From positions 696-64,695 of the forward strand of contig CAZGHT010000017.1 in the NCBI GenBank assembly GCA_964525535.1: a DNA stretch of 64,000 bases, written 5' to 3'. Each line of letters begins with the position of its first letter. The stretch's first letter is position 1. Position numbers and translations under genes: made by a program. Shown here one piece after another: positions 28,917 through 37,733 of the stretch. Under the pieces are notes generated by a model, which had not been told where the DNA came from, ran no database searches, and saw only the letters and a program-made list of their open reading frames with translations. The DNA comes from an uncultured Rhodothermaceae bacterium (GTDB taxonomy: Bacteria; Bacteroidota; Rhodothermia; Rhodothermales; JAHQVL01).

Positions 28917-30820
28917 TTCCTGAAAAAGACGACGCCGCCTCCATCTCCGCCGCTGAAGACATCCAGGTCGCCGTCGGCATCGATATCGACAAAAACCGGA
29001 TTGGACAGCGCCGGCAGGGGTAAATCAAACGACTCATCCAACACGAAACTCGGCGCCTGCGGCGTACCGTCATTTCTGTAGTACACGATGCCCGGCATCT
29101 CTTTACCGATAATCATATCGTAGTCTCCATCCTCGTCAAGATCGGCAAAGGTCGGTGCGCTGCGACGACCCACATCGATATCGAGGTATTCATCACTGAC
29201 GAGGACAAAGTCGGGGTTGACTTCAGAGCCGTCGTTGCGGTAATAGTTGACAGTGCCGGAAGCTTCCCCGACAAACAGATCCAGGTCGCTGTCCGCGTCG
29301 ATATCCACCAGCGCCGGCATGGTGTTGCTGCCTCTCGTGAGTTTGATATAGCTGGTATTTTCAGCAACGAACCGGGGCGCTCTGACCGTACCGGTATTTC
29401 TGTACAGCGCAATACCCTGATTCCAGGTCCCCACCAGCGCGTCGAGGTCGCCGTCGGCATCGAGGTCCGCGAAAACGGGCGCATAATGATAGGCCGGCTC
29501 GAAGTCGAACACCTCGCCTTGTTGAAAAGACGGCGCCATAGGCGTCCCTGTATTTTCGAAATAGTACGCGTTGCCCCGGTCGAAATCGTCCTGTTCGATT
29601 TTGTTCGACAACACCAGGTCGAAGTCGCCGTCGAGATCCAGGTCTGCAAATGCAGGGATGCTCTCTCTTCCGATGTCAATCGTTTCGAGAAAGCGCGTCG
29701 TTACGAGTTCGTACTGATCGGTCTCCGAACGTTCGAAGTAATAGAAATTATTTGCCGAGGTGAGGTTGGGATTAAACGCGCCCCCCAGCACGCCCACAAA
29801 CATATCGAGATCGCCGTCCCCGTTCAAGTCCGAAAATGCGGGCGCGTTGTACCCGCTCGTACTGATAGGGGCTTGAACAGGAAACGGGATGGGATCGGAC
29901 CTGAGGTTTGGCGAAGCACAGGTCCCCGTATTTTCGATCAGCAAAAGGCTGGGTTCGAAGAAGTCCCCCCAGAAGAGGTCCTGGTCTCCATCCTGATCGA
30001 AGTCGGCAAAGGCGATCGTATTCGCCCCGTGCAGCGACCCCCCGATCTGGCCGATGATCTCGATATCTTCGAATCGATTATTGACGAGCTGAAAGACCGG
30101 CGGGCCGTCCCGGACCGGCTCTACCAGTTCATACCTCATCAGAACCCCTTCTACCCGGCCGATAAACAGATCGATCAGGCCGTCGCAGTCTATGTCAGTC
30201 AGGTTCGGGATGTTCTGGCGATCCGAGAACAGGGGTTCTCCTTCAGCATTGATCAACGAATCGGCGAGCAGCGTGAAGGCCGGTTCTTCGGGCGTCCCGT
30301 CATTTCTGTAATACCGCACGTAGCTGAAGGGTTGTTCGGCGAGGATATCGAAGTCGCCATCGTCATCCATGTCGTGCAGGCGACTCCATTCACCGATCTC
30401 GATGCCGGCGAACCGGTCCGGGTCCCACACGAACCGGGAAGCGCCATCAGTGCGAACGTGCTCGAAGAACATAAACGATCCCGTATTCTCCTGCAAAAAA
30501 AGATCGTCGTCTCCATCCGCATCGATGTCGATAAACTGGGGACGGGGGACGTTCAAACCGCCCAAAAGGGGGAGATCGAGTACGTCTCCATCGGGGCTGT
30601 GCACAACGAAGGCATTAACTTCCTGTACGAAAGCAGGGGGGAATCCGGTGGAGGTTTCTCCCTCTTCGGTAGCGGATGCAGTTTTCGCAGACGTCGATTT
30701 CGAGGTAGAACATCCCGCCGTGGTCATCATGAGGGCCATCACGGAGATCACCATGGCGACAACCAGGGTAGCGTTTACCGGCGGAGACGTAAACCCGCTC
30801 GGTCGAATGAAACTGGACAT
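28913..30820 (-). CDS. FG-GAP/VCBS-repeat (ASPIC/CRTAC1-like) secreted lipoprotein
   Basis: Lipobox TTAGCSTS. About ten repeats of a DxDxDGDxD calcium-loop motif (DIDADGDDD, DMDDDGDFD, DFDQDGDQD, DLDADGDLD, ...), each followed by an ...YRNDG.. strand. Confidence 0.8.
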   Translation of the reverse strand: MSSFIRPSGFTSPPVNATLVVAMVISVMALMMTTAGCSTSKSTSAKTASATEEGETSTGFPPAFVQEVNAFVVHSPDGDVLDLPLLGGLNVPRPQFIDIDADGDDDLFLQENTGSFMFFEHVRTDGASRFVWDPDRFAGIEIGEWSRLHDMDDDGDFDILAEQPFSYVRYYRNDGTPEEPAFTLLADSLINAEGEPLFSDRQNIPNLTDIDCDGLIDLFIGRVEGVLMRYELVEPVRDGPPVFQLVNNRFEDIEIIGQIGGSLHGANTIAFADFDQDGDQDLFWGDFFEPSLLLIENTGTCASPNLRSDPIPFPVQAPISTSGYNAPAFSDLNGDGDLDMFVGVLGGAFNPNLTSANNFYYFERSETDQYELVTTRFLETIDIGRESIPAFADLDLDGDFDLVLSNKIEQDDFDRGNAYYFENTGTPMAPSFQQGEVFDFEPAYHYAPVFADLDADGDLDALVGTWNQGIALYRNTGTVRAPRFVAENTSYIKLTRGSNTMPALVDIDADSDLDLFVGEASGTVNYYRNDGSEVNPDFVLVSDEYLDIDVGRRSAPTFADLDEDGDYDMIIGKEMPGIVYYRNDGTPQAPSFVLDESFDLPLPALSNPVFVDIDADGDLDVFSGGDGGGVVFFRN

Positions 30821-30879
30821 AAACGAGGCTTGAAGGATCTATAAATAGAAGGTGATGGAGCACCGGCGGGCGTGATCCG

Positions 30880-32061
30880 CTAGTTCTTCGTAGTGGACGT
30901 GTTACCGGGAAAGGACGGTGAACCGACGCCAGTCGAATTAAACCCGAGTTCGAGGACTTTGACGATTTCTTGCTTCTCTGCATCGATGACCACGAGGGTG
31001 CCGGGTTGATCTTCCTTCTTTTCGGACGTCTGATGCATATCGTGCTCGCCAGCTTCATGGCCCTGACCGGCGCCCATGTTCATCTGCATGGGGCTGGACA
31101 GGTTGTTGTTAGAGACGAATACGTATCGTCCATCCGGAGACACCCCAATGCCGTGAGGCTGCGATAAACCCTCCCCTTCAATCACAGTGGCAACCTCGCG
31201 TTTGTCCATGTCGATCACCGTGACGGTATTCGCCATTTTGTTGCCGACGTAGAGATACCGCCCATCGGGTGTGAACGTAGGATGCCAGGGCGCCGCGTTG
31301 ACGTCGATCGTCGTCTCGAGCTGGATATTTTCAGGATCTGAGGTGTCGAAAACGAGCACCTGGCCGGTGAGCTGCCCACCAACGGCCATCGTTCGTCCAT
31401 CCGGAGAGAGCGCAAACTGGACAAACGTATGGGTTTCACCCGGCACATTTTCGAGGTGAATTTCACCCGACTCGATATTCATGCTCAAAAACTGATTCAC
31501 CGAAAGGCTGGCGGTATACAGATAATCGCCCCGAGGATCTACGGCCAACGCATGGGGCCTGGGAAAGAATACGTCCATCTCTTCGAGTTCCATAGTGGCG
31601 CGTTCGACCATACCAATCCGTTGGGGCGGGTTGACGGCTTTCATCGAGCGACCCACGAACAGAAAGTCCCGCGAGGGGTGGAGAGCGAGCATCCCGGGCG
31701 TTTCGAAATCGGCCGAACCAACCAGGTTGTTTTCGCGATCCATCTTGAGGACTTTGCCGGCGCTGATCAGCGATACATACCAGAACGACCCGTCGGGTTC
31801 GACGGCCACGTGGTGCGGCTTCGAATTGGTGTCGAAACCGTAGGTCTTCAAATCCACAACATCAACGATGTCCAGGGTGATTGCATCTACCACAGTTACC
31901 GTTGCACTGGATTCGTTGCACACGTAGATGTAAGGCGCTTCCGGGTCGACGGATAAAACAGGGCCGGCGGCGCCAGACGCAGTGGAGGCGGGGCGCAATA
32001 CAATCGCGGCGGTTACAATCAAGAGGCCGAGCAGGAGCCGGGCTATCGGTAAAGGCTTCAT
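30880..32061 (-). CDS. YVTN/YncE-type beta-propeller repeat protein, secreted, with a Met/His-rich loop
   Basis: Signal peptide. Repeated 'P.G.A.SPDGRY.YV.N....TV.VID' units (for example HPTFTPDGRYLYVGNKMANTVTVIDM and PHGIGVSPDGRYVFVSNNN). The MQMNMGAGQGHEAGEHDMHQ insert sits near the C-terminus. Confidence 0.8.
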   Translation of the reverse strand: MKPLPIARLLLGLLIVTAAIVLRPASTASGAAGPVLSVDPEAPYIYVCNESSATVTVVDAITLDIVDVVDLKTYGFDTNSKPHHVAVEPDGSFWYVSLISAGKVLKMDRENNLVGSADFETPGMLALHPSRDFLFVGRSMKAVNPPQRIGMVERATMELEEMDVFFPRPHALAVDPRGDYLYTASLSVNQFLSMNIESGEIHLENVPGETHTFVQFALSPDGRTMAVGGQLTGQVLVFDTSDPENIQLETTIDVNAAPWHPTFTPDGRYLYVGNKMANTVTVIDMDKREVATVIEGEGLSQPHGIGVSPDGRYVFVSNNNLSSPMQMNMGAGQGHEAGEHDMHQTSEKKEDQPGTLVVIDAEKQEIVKVLELGFNSTGVGSPSFPGNTSTTKN

Positions 32062-32095
32062 GATGAATGGTCCTTGATTCAGGTGAGTGGGTTCT

Positions 32096-34522
32096 CTAAA
32101 TATCTACATCGCTCTTTCTGACGAGGAACAGGCCCTGGCCGATGCTCGAAACAGCGATCACGCCGCTTTCGAAGTACGGATAATTGCTCCAGGCTCCGTC
32201 AAATCCAGGACCGTCAGAACCGAACGGGGTGGTATCGAAATGGCCGACGGAAACCGGGTTTTCGACATCCGAGATGTCGAAAATGCGCAGCCCGGCATTG
32301 TAGTTGGCCTGATACATGAGGTTACCCCGGATATACAGATTATGGTCCGTGGAGGTCGTCTCCAGGAAAAACTCTTTGACGAGCTGGGGATCGTCGAGAT
32401 CCTGTACGTCCCAGATCATGGTACGCGTATTCGACACGTTGCCGCTGGTTTCATCCAGTTCGTCATTCATGTAGAAGAATTTCTGGTCTTCTGTCAACCA
32501 CCCCTGGTGGGCATAGGCTACATTGGGGTAGGCCGCACTGGACAAGGCGACGGGATTCTCTTTATCGGTGACGTCAGCGATACTCAGGGCCGTCTCGTTG
32601 GAGCCAAAGCAAATTTCTCTGCCTTGATGGTCTGTATCTGGCCCATTATAGATCACACACTGAGCGTCGTGGGTATAGCCCGTACCCGATCGCCCGGTTT
32701 CGGTATCGGCGAAACAGCCGGCGAACGTCGGGTTGACCGGATCCTGGATGTTGATCATGTGAAGCCCGCCGCCGCACGTCTGACCTCCTGAGTTGCTGCC
32801 CACGGCGAAGGCGTAGCCGGTGCTTTCGTTGATGACGATATTATGTACGCTGGCCAGCTCGTCGTACAGAGCGGTTTCTTCAAAAGCGACAGGTCCATCA
32901 GCGGCGTCGATGTCCCGCAGCTGGGTCAGGTCGAACACCTGCATGCCATGGTCGCCGGCGTTATCGGCTACCACGAAGGCGTGGTCTTTGTACACTTTGA
33001 CGTCGCGCCAGGAATTGGGTACGGCCCCTTTGGTGAGCGGGAGGTTTCCGACGACGACCGGGTTGTACGGATCCGTAATTCTGACGAACGAGGTGCCGTT
33101 AGAGCGGGTAACGAGTGCATACTCATCGCCGGTTTCCGGATCGGTCCATCCCCAGATGTCGCTCAACTCCAGGCCACGGCCTGCTTCCAAGTCCTTGATC
33201 GGCACGAAGGAGAGAAGATCTACTTTTTCGCAACCAAACAGGGACGCCTTGCCCTCCTGGCACACCACCCGTTCGCCGAGGACGGGGTCCATACCCCCCG
33301 TTTCTTCGAGCAACAAGACCGCTGTTTCGCTCCAGGCGCCTTCGTCGTTTCTTTCGAACACGTGGGCCGTGCCCAGGTTATTGTCCGCATAAGGCGCGCC
33401 GATAAGGGCGAGGTCGCCGCTCGAGGCGATGCGGGCGCCGAAGCCGCTGCGCAATTTCTCTTCTCCGGCGTGCAATTTATTGACCCCAGACCAGGTGTTG
33501 GTCGAGAAATCGAAATCAAAGGTGTAGACCGCACCGACACCGTTAGAAGCGCCGATGGCTCCGACCCACAGGCTCTCGTCGTTCACGCCAAGGGAGTAGC
33601 CGAACTGAGTACCCTGCCCTCCGTCGAATGCAACCAGCTGGTTGGTTTCCTCCCATTGGCCCGACTCGCCGTCCCGCGAATAGATGTACACCTTGCCGGC
33701 TCCCCGGTTGTGGCTAAAAGCGCCGATGACGGCGAAATCTTCATATAGGAGGGCCGCATGCCCGAAGCGGCTGCCGGGATCGGCCTCATCGGCTACCATC
33801 CGGTCTTCTTGTTTCCACATGCCTGAGGCGCTGTCATAGCCGAATACGTAAGCGGAGCCGCCGAAGTCCTCCCGTTCATAAGCAGGAGCCCCCACGATCA
33901 ACCGGTCTTCGAAAACAGACAAAGATACCCCGAACCAGTCGTCAGGCTCGAGCTCTTCAGGCTGGAGCATGCTATGCTCCCTCCAACCCTCTTCACCGTC
34001 GCGCTGAAAAACGTATACCACGCCCCTGTTCTCGTCTTTCGAGACCGTCGAAATGAAGGCAAAGTTGTCGTTCAAGGCAACAGCGCGGCCATAGCTATCG
34101 GCCACCTCTGCAGGAACCAGCTTGGCCTGTTCGATCCAGGTTCCGTCCGCGTTCTTCTGGAAAATGTAGGCCGCTCCGCTGGGACCATCCTGAAGAGTTG
34201 CCCCCACGAGCAGCGTCGAACCATTCAATGCCAGCGAGCGCCCGAATCGATTGTCCTCCACGCCATCGGAGGCGCTGATGCGAGCCGCTTCTTTCCAGGC
34301 GCCGCCCTCTTTGCGATACACATGAAGTTCGCCCGTAGCCGTAGTCTCATACGTTGAGCCGACGATAATTTCGTCTCCGCTTACGACGGCAGAACCGCCA
34401 AATAGGGTTTGGATCTCTTCGCTCGTTTCGGCATCAGACTGAATCAGGGTCTGGGCAGAAACGGGAGGAACAAAGGTGACGAAAAGAAAAGCGGTTAGAT
34501 ACGTGAATAGTTGCTGTTTCAT
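32096..34522 (-). CDS. Secreted two-propeller protein: N-terminal FG-GAP (integrin-alpha-like) repeats plus a C-terminal choice-of-anchor-B / LVIVD-like domain
   Basis: Signal peptide (FLFVTFVPPVSAQT). About 7 repeats of 'FG.S.AL....L.VGAP....G..YVF'. The C-terminal half carries DIWGWTDPETGDEYALV, VKVYKDHAFVVADN, MINIQDPVNP and GNLMYQANYNAGLRIFDISD. Confidence 0.75.
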   Translation of the reverse strand: MKQQLFTYLTAFLFVTFVPPVSAQTLIQSDAETSEEIQTLFGGSAVVSGDEIIVGSTYETTATGELHVYRKEGGAWKEAARISASDGVEDNRFGRSLALNGSTLLVGATLQDGPSGAAYIFQKNADGTWIEQAKLVPAEVADSYGRAVALNDNFAFISTVSKDENRGVVYVFQRDGEEGWREHSMLQPEELEPDDWFGVSLSVFEDRLIVGAPAYEREDFGGSAYVFGYDSASGMWKQEDRMVADEADPGSRFGHAALLYEDFAVIGAFSHNRGAGKVYIYSRDGESGQWEETNQLVAFDGGQGTQFGYSLGVNDESLWVGAIGASNGVGAVYTFDFDFSTNTWSGVNKLHAGEEKLRSGFGARIASSGDLALIGAPYADNNLGTAHVFERNDEGAWSETAVLLLEETGGMDPVLGERVVCQEGKASLFGCEKVDLLSFVPIKDLEAGRGLELSDIWGWTDPETGDEYALVTRSNGTSFVRITDPYNPVVVGNLPLTKGAVPNSWRDVKVYKDHAFVVADNAGDHGMQVFDLTQLRDIDAADGPVAFEETALYDELASVHNIVINESTGYAFAVGSNSGGQTCGGGLHMINIQDPVNPTFAGCFADTETGRSGTGYTHDAQCVIYNGPDTDHQGREICFGSNETALSIADVTDKENPVALSSAAYPNVAYAHQGWLTEDQKFFYMNDELDETSGNVSNTRTMIWDVQDLDDPQLVKEFFLETTSTDHNLYIRGNLMYQANYNAGLRIFDISDVENPVSVGHFDTTPFGSDGPGFDGAWSNYPYFESGVIAVSSIGQGLFLVRKSDVDI

Positions 34523-34946
34523 GTTCTCCGGATTTTAGTCAACGTATAGACTTCGATATACGATCTGGATTGTGATGTTACGCGAACGGCGCCATGCAGG
34601 ATATCGTTACTGAATACATTCTTCAATCACATTCTTCAGTCATTGTATGCACGAACGGCAGGACTCCCACGAAATACTACACGAAATTCCACTGGAGCAG
34701 TGTAACCTCTTCTTTCGGTGCACGGGATGGGTGACGCACACAACTAATGGTTAACGGGAATGTATAGTGATACACTGTACTTACGATACACGGTACGCTG
34801 CGAAAGATGGGTGGGGTCAGCCCAGTTGAATCCTGTAACGAGAAAACCGATAGAAAGATGCATACGTTTCAGGGCACGTAAAAAAGCCCTTCCCGGGATG
34901 AACCGTCAGAGAGGCGGCCACTCCGTGAGTTCAGTAGAGGGGTCCT

Positions 34947-36092
34947 ATGTCGAACCTGTATCTCCACATTCCTTTTTGTAAACAGCGGTGTATATACTGC
35001 GATTTCTACTTTGTCACGACCCGTCGGTCGAGGCAGCCCTTTCTGGAGGCCCTGCAAGAAGAAATTCGGTATCGCGGGAGGCAGTACGGCGAGGCCGAGC
35101 CGGTTCAAACCATCTATTTCGGCGGCGGCACCCCCTCCCTGCTCTCCGTTGAGGAACTCCAGGTGCTCCTCGCCACAATAGAACACGCCTTCGATACTTC
35201 CGAGGTTCGGGAAGTCACATTGGAAGTCAATCCGGATGACATCGACGCGGAATACCTGAACGCGCTGCGAAACACCCGCATAAATCGCCTTTCCATCGGG
35301 GTACAGTCGTTCGTAGCGCGCGACTTACAATGGATGAATCGGGCTCATACGCCGGAACAGGCACGAGACGCCGTCAGATTAGCTCACGACACCGGATTTG
35401 AGAACTTCTCCGTAGACCTCATCTTTGGCATCCCTGGCCAATCGATTGAAGCCTGGACGGACAATCTGTCTGTTGCGATAGCGTTGCTCGCTCCCCACCT
35501 GTCGACGTACAGCCTGACCGTAGAACCGAGGACACCGCTGCATAAACGTGTTCAAAAAGGGCTCGAAACCCCGCAGCCCGAAGATCGGATGGAAACCCTG
35601 TACCGGAAGACGATGGAGGTCCTGTCCGGAAGCGGTTATGCACACTACGAGGTGTCCAGTTTTGCGCAACCCGGCCGTAGATCTGAACATAACCAGGCCT
35701 ACTGGAAGCACCGCAATTATCTCGGGTTGGGGCCTTCGGCGCACTCCCTCTGGAAGCCTGAGAGCATGCCCCCTGTGCGTTGGGAAAATGTGCGCAGCCT
35801 GAAACGGTATGAAACATGGGCGTCGTCAGGCACCCCTCCTGTCGACTATGAAGAACCCCTTACCGACGAGCAGTTCGTGAATGAGCGCATCCTGCTCAGT
35901 CTTCGTACGCTCGATGGGCTCGATCTGTCTTCCGTGGAAAAGCTGCACGCCGGCTATCTCGTGGAGAAAAAGGACAAGCTGGATCGCCTTCAACACCTGA
36001 ACCTGATACGGGTCACCGACGCTCGCACGGTTCAACTGACAGAGGAGGGCTTTCTCGTTTGCGACGCTATTACACAGGCGTTGATCGTGTAG
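34947..36092 (+). CDS. hemW: Radical SAM heme chaperone HemW (HemN-like, oxygen-independent coproporphyrinogen oxidase family)
   Basis: LYLHIPFCKQRCIYCDF (CxxxCxxC), GGGTPS, a HemN_C-type C-terminus, and a HemW-like length of 381 aa. Confidence 0.85.
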   Translation: MSNLYLHIPFCKQRCIYCDFYFVTTRRSRQPFLEALQEEIRYRGRQYGEAEPVQTIYFGGGTPSLLSVEELQVLLATIEHAFDTSEVREVTLEVNPDDIDAEYLNALRNTRINRLSIGVQSFVARDLQWMNRAHTPEQARDAVRLAHDTGFENFSVDLIFGIPGQSIEAWTDNLSVAIALLAPHLSTYSLTVEPRTPLHKRVQKGLETPQPEDRMETLYRKTMEVLSGSGYAHYEVSSFAQPGRRSEHNQAYWKHRNYLGLGPSAHSLWKPESMPPVRWENVRSLKRYETWASSGTPPVDYEEPLTDEQFVNERILLSLRTLDGLDLSSVEKLHAGYLVEKKDKLDRLQHLNLIRVTDARTVQLTEEGFLVCDAITQALIV

Positions 36093-36131
36093 AACAATCC
36101 TGCCCCTCCAAAAGGACCCCGAGAACAGGCC

Positions 36132-37118
36132 CTAGTCGAATTGATTAAAAAACGCCCAGATTCGCTCACATGCGTTGATGTCTTGAGATGTCCTCCCGAT
36201 GCGATCGGAACGTACATGCTGGCGACCGCCGGGCCAGGTGTGTCCTCCCCCCTCGATGCGATATAACAGTACGGCTACGTCCTCCGGACAGCCGGCATAC
36301 ATAAACCGGGTCACGGTAGTTCGGTCCTCCGGATACAGGTCCGGCAGCAAATCCGTTTCCGCATGGGAAGGGCACCCGTTCATCCGCAGCCAGTGTGCGA
36401 TCGTGGCCTCGGTAGACATCACCTCTCCCTCTTCTCGGCCATTATTGACGATGGCGCCACCCTCGTAGGGTAAAATCGGGTCGTTCGTGCCATTCATGAG
36501 AAGCAGACTCGTACGATTCATCCCGTGGCACATCGGCGCTACATCTACCGGCAGCGAGGCGGTCACTGCAGCGACGGCACGAATCAGATCGGGCATTTCG
36601 CAGGCCATACGCATGGCCATCATACCGCCGTTCGACATGCCTGCGATGAAGATGCGCTCCTCATCGATCAGGAATTGCTCCTGAAGGGACTCGATCAACG
36701 CGCGCAAAAAGCCGACATCGTCGATGCCGTTCTTGTGCGCAAAGGAGATAGGCGCCTGCCGGCCTTCGTTCCAGTTGCGTTTCATGCCGTCGGGGTACGC
36801 CACCAGAAATCCTTTTCGCAGGGCCAGTTTGTTAAACTGCCCCTGCGTGAGCTTCAGCATACTTTTGGAATTGCCTCCGCTCTCATGCAGGACGAGGACG
36901 AGCGGTCTCTTCCGGGGCAATGCGTCTTTCTCAGGGATGAACAGCGCATAGGTGCGCTCTTTCCCGTTGTGCTTCAAAGAGCCGTTGACACTGTTGCCGT
37001 CCGTCGTCGCCGATGCCGATAGAAAGATGGCAGCCAGCGAAATCAGCACCAGGGCCGCAGAAAGAATAAATAGCTTCAGGTTCAGGCTAAGGGACATCAT
37101 GGATGAGATGCAGATCAT
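36132..37118 (-). CDS. Secreted alpha/beta hydrolase, LpqC/PHB-depolymerase-family esterase
   Basis: Signal-like N-terminus, LVLVLHESGGN, and nucleophile elbow AGMSNGGMMAMRMACE (GxSxG). Confidence 0.75.
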   Translation of the reverse strand: MICISSMMSLSLNLKLFILSAALVLISLAAIFLSASATTDGNSVNGSLKHNGKERTYALFIPEKDALPRKRPLVLVLHESGGNSKSMLKLTQGQFNKLALRKGFLVAYPDGMKRNWNEGRQAPISFAHKNGIDDVGFLRALIESLQEQFLIDEERIFIAGMSNGGMMAMRMACEMPDLIRAVAAVTASLPVDVAPMCHGMNRTSLLLMNGTNDPILPYEGGAIVNNGREEGEVMSTEATIAHWLRMNGCPSHAETDLLPDLYPEDRTTVTRFMYAGCPEDVAVLLYRIEGGGHTWPGGRQHVRSDRIGRTSQDINACERIWAFFNQFD

Positions 37119-37232
37119 GATTCAAGAATTGCGTCTCTGCACCTGGGGCAAGGATTATTCCCGGCACTTAGCCGCTTCTACTCGGCGTGAACGCCCGCCG
37201 GGGAAATCCCCGGAGCCTGATCGATAATCGCA

Positions 37233-37664
37233 TCACATATCCTTCGATTCATACGAATCGGCGTGCATTCCGATACTTTTGAAGTGCCTTCGGATAATAT
37301 CGAGGGACAGATAAGCTTCCCTGATCAGCTCCAGTGAGGCCAGCAACAGGAAAAAAATTCCGAGCCCTGTGAGTATAGTGACTCCCCAATACCCCCCGAT
37401 ATCCGTAACCTGCAGAAGCCCTCCCATCAATCCAGCGAGTGAGAAGATGCTCACACTGCTGTACAGGAAAACGAGGGCATTTCTGAACAGCCGGGATCTG
37501 CGATACAGCTGCCGGGCGATGTCCTCTGACTGCTCATCCTGGTGTTCCAGTATGTGGTGGATCTCCTCATGGACGCGAACATATCGGAGGGACGTAGACA
37601 TAATGAGCAGCGCAACGCCCGGCAAAATGAGCAAGGGTGTCAACCAAACTTCTGGCGTATCCAT
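37233..37664 (-). CDS. Small membrane protein (DUF2721-like)
   Basis: Three to four TM helices with an interhelical charged segment (HEEIHHILEHQDEQSEDIARQLYRRSRLFRNAL). The family call is from memory and uncertain. Confidence 0.55.
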   Translation of the reverse strand: MDTPEVWLTPLLILPGVALLIMSTSLRYVRVHEEIHHILEHQDEQSEDIARQLYRRSRLFRNALVFLYSSVSIFSLAGLMGGLLQVTDIGGYWGVTILTGLGIFFLLLASLELIREAYLSLDIIRRHFKSIGMHADSYESKDM

Positions 37665-37733
37665 AGGCTTAACCAGCGATGATGGCTTCTATACTGCTAT
37701 ACGAATTATACTGCTATACGAGGCGCGTAGAGC

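Noticed and set aside
29486-30844. 452-aa plus-strand ORF antisense to the FG-GAP lipoprotein gene
   Set aside because: It is Arg/Val/Ile-rich with low-complexity tails (…RRRRFRGRTSRRGHHEGHHGDHHGD…) and no motifs. The opposite strand encodes a clean repeat protein with a lipobox. This is a typical high-GC antisense shadow ORF.
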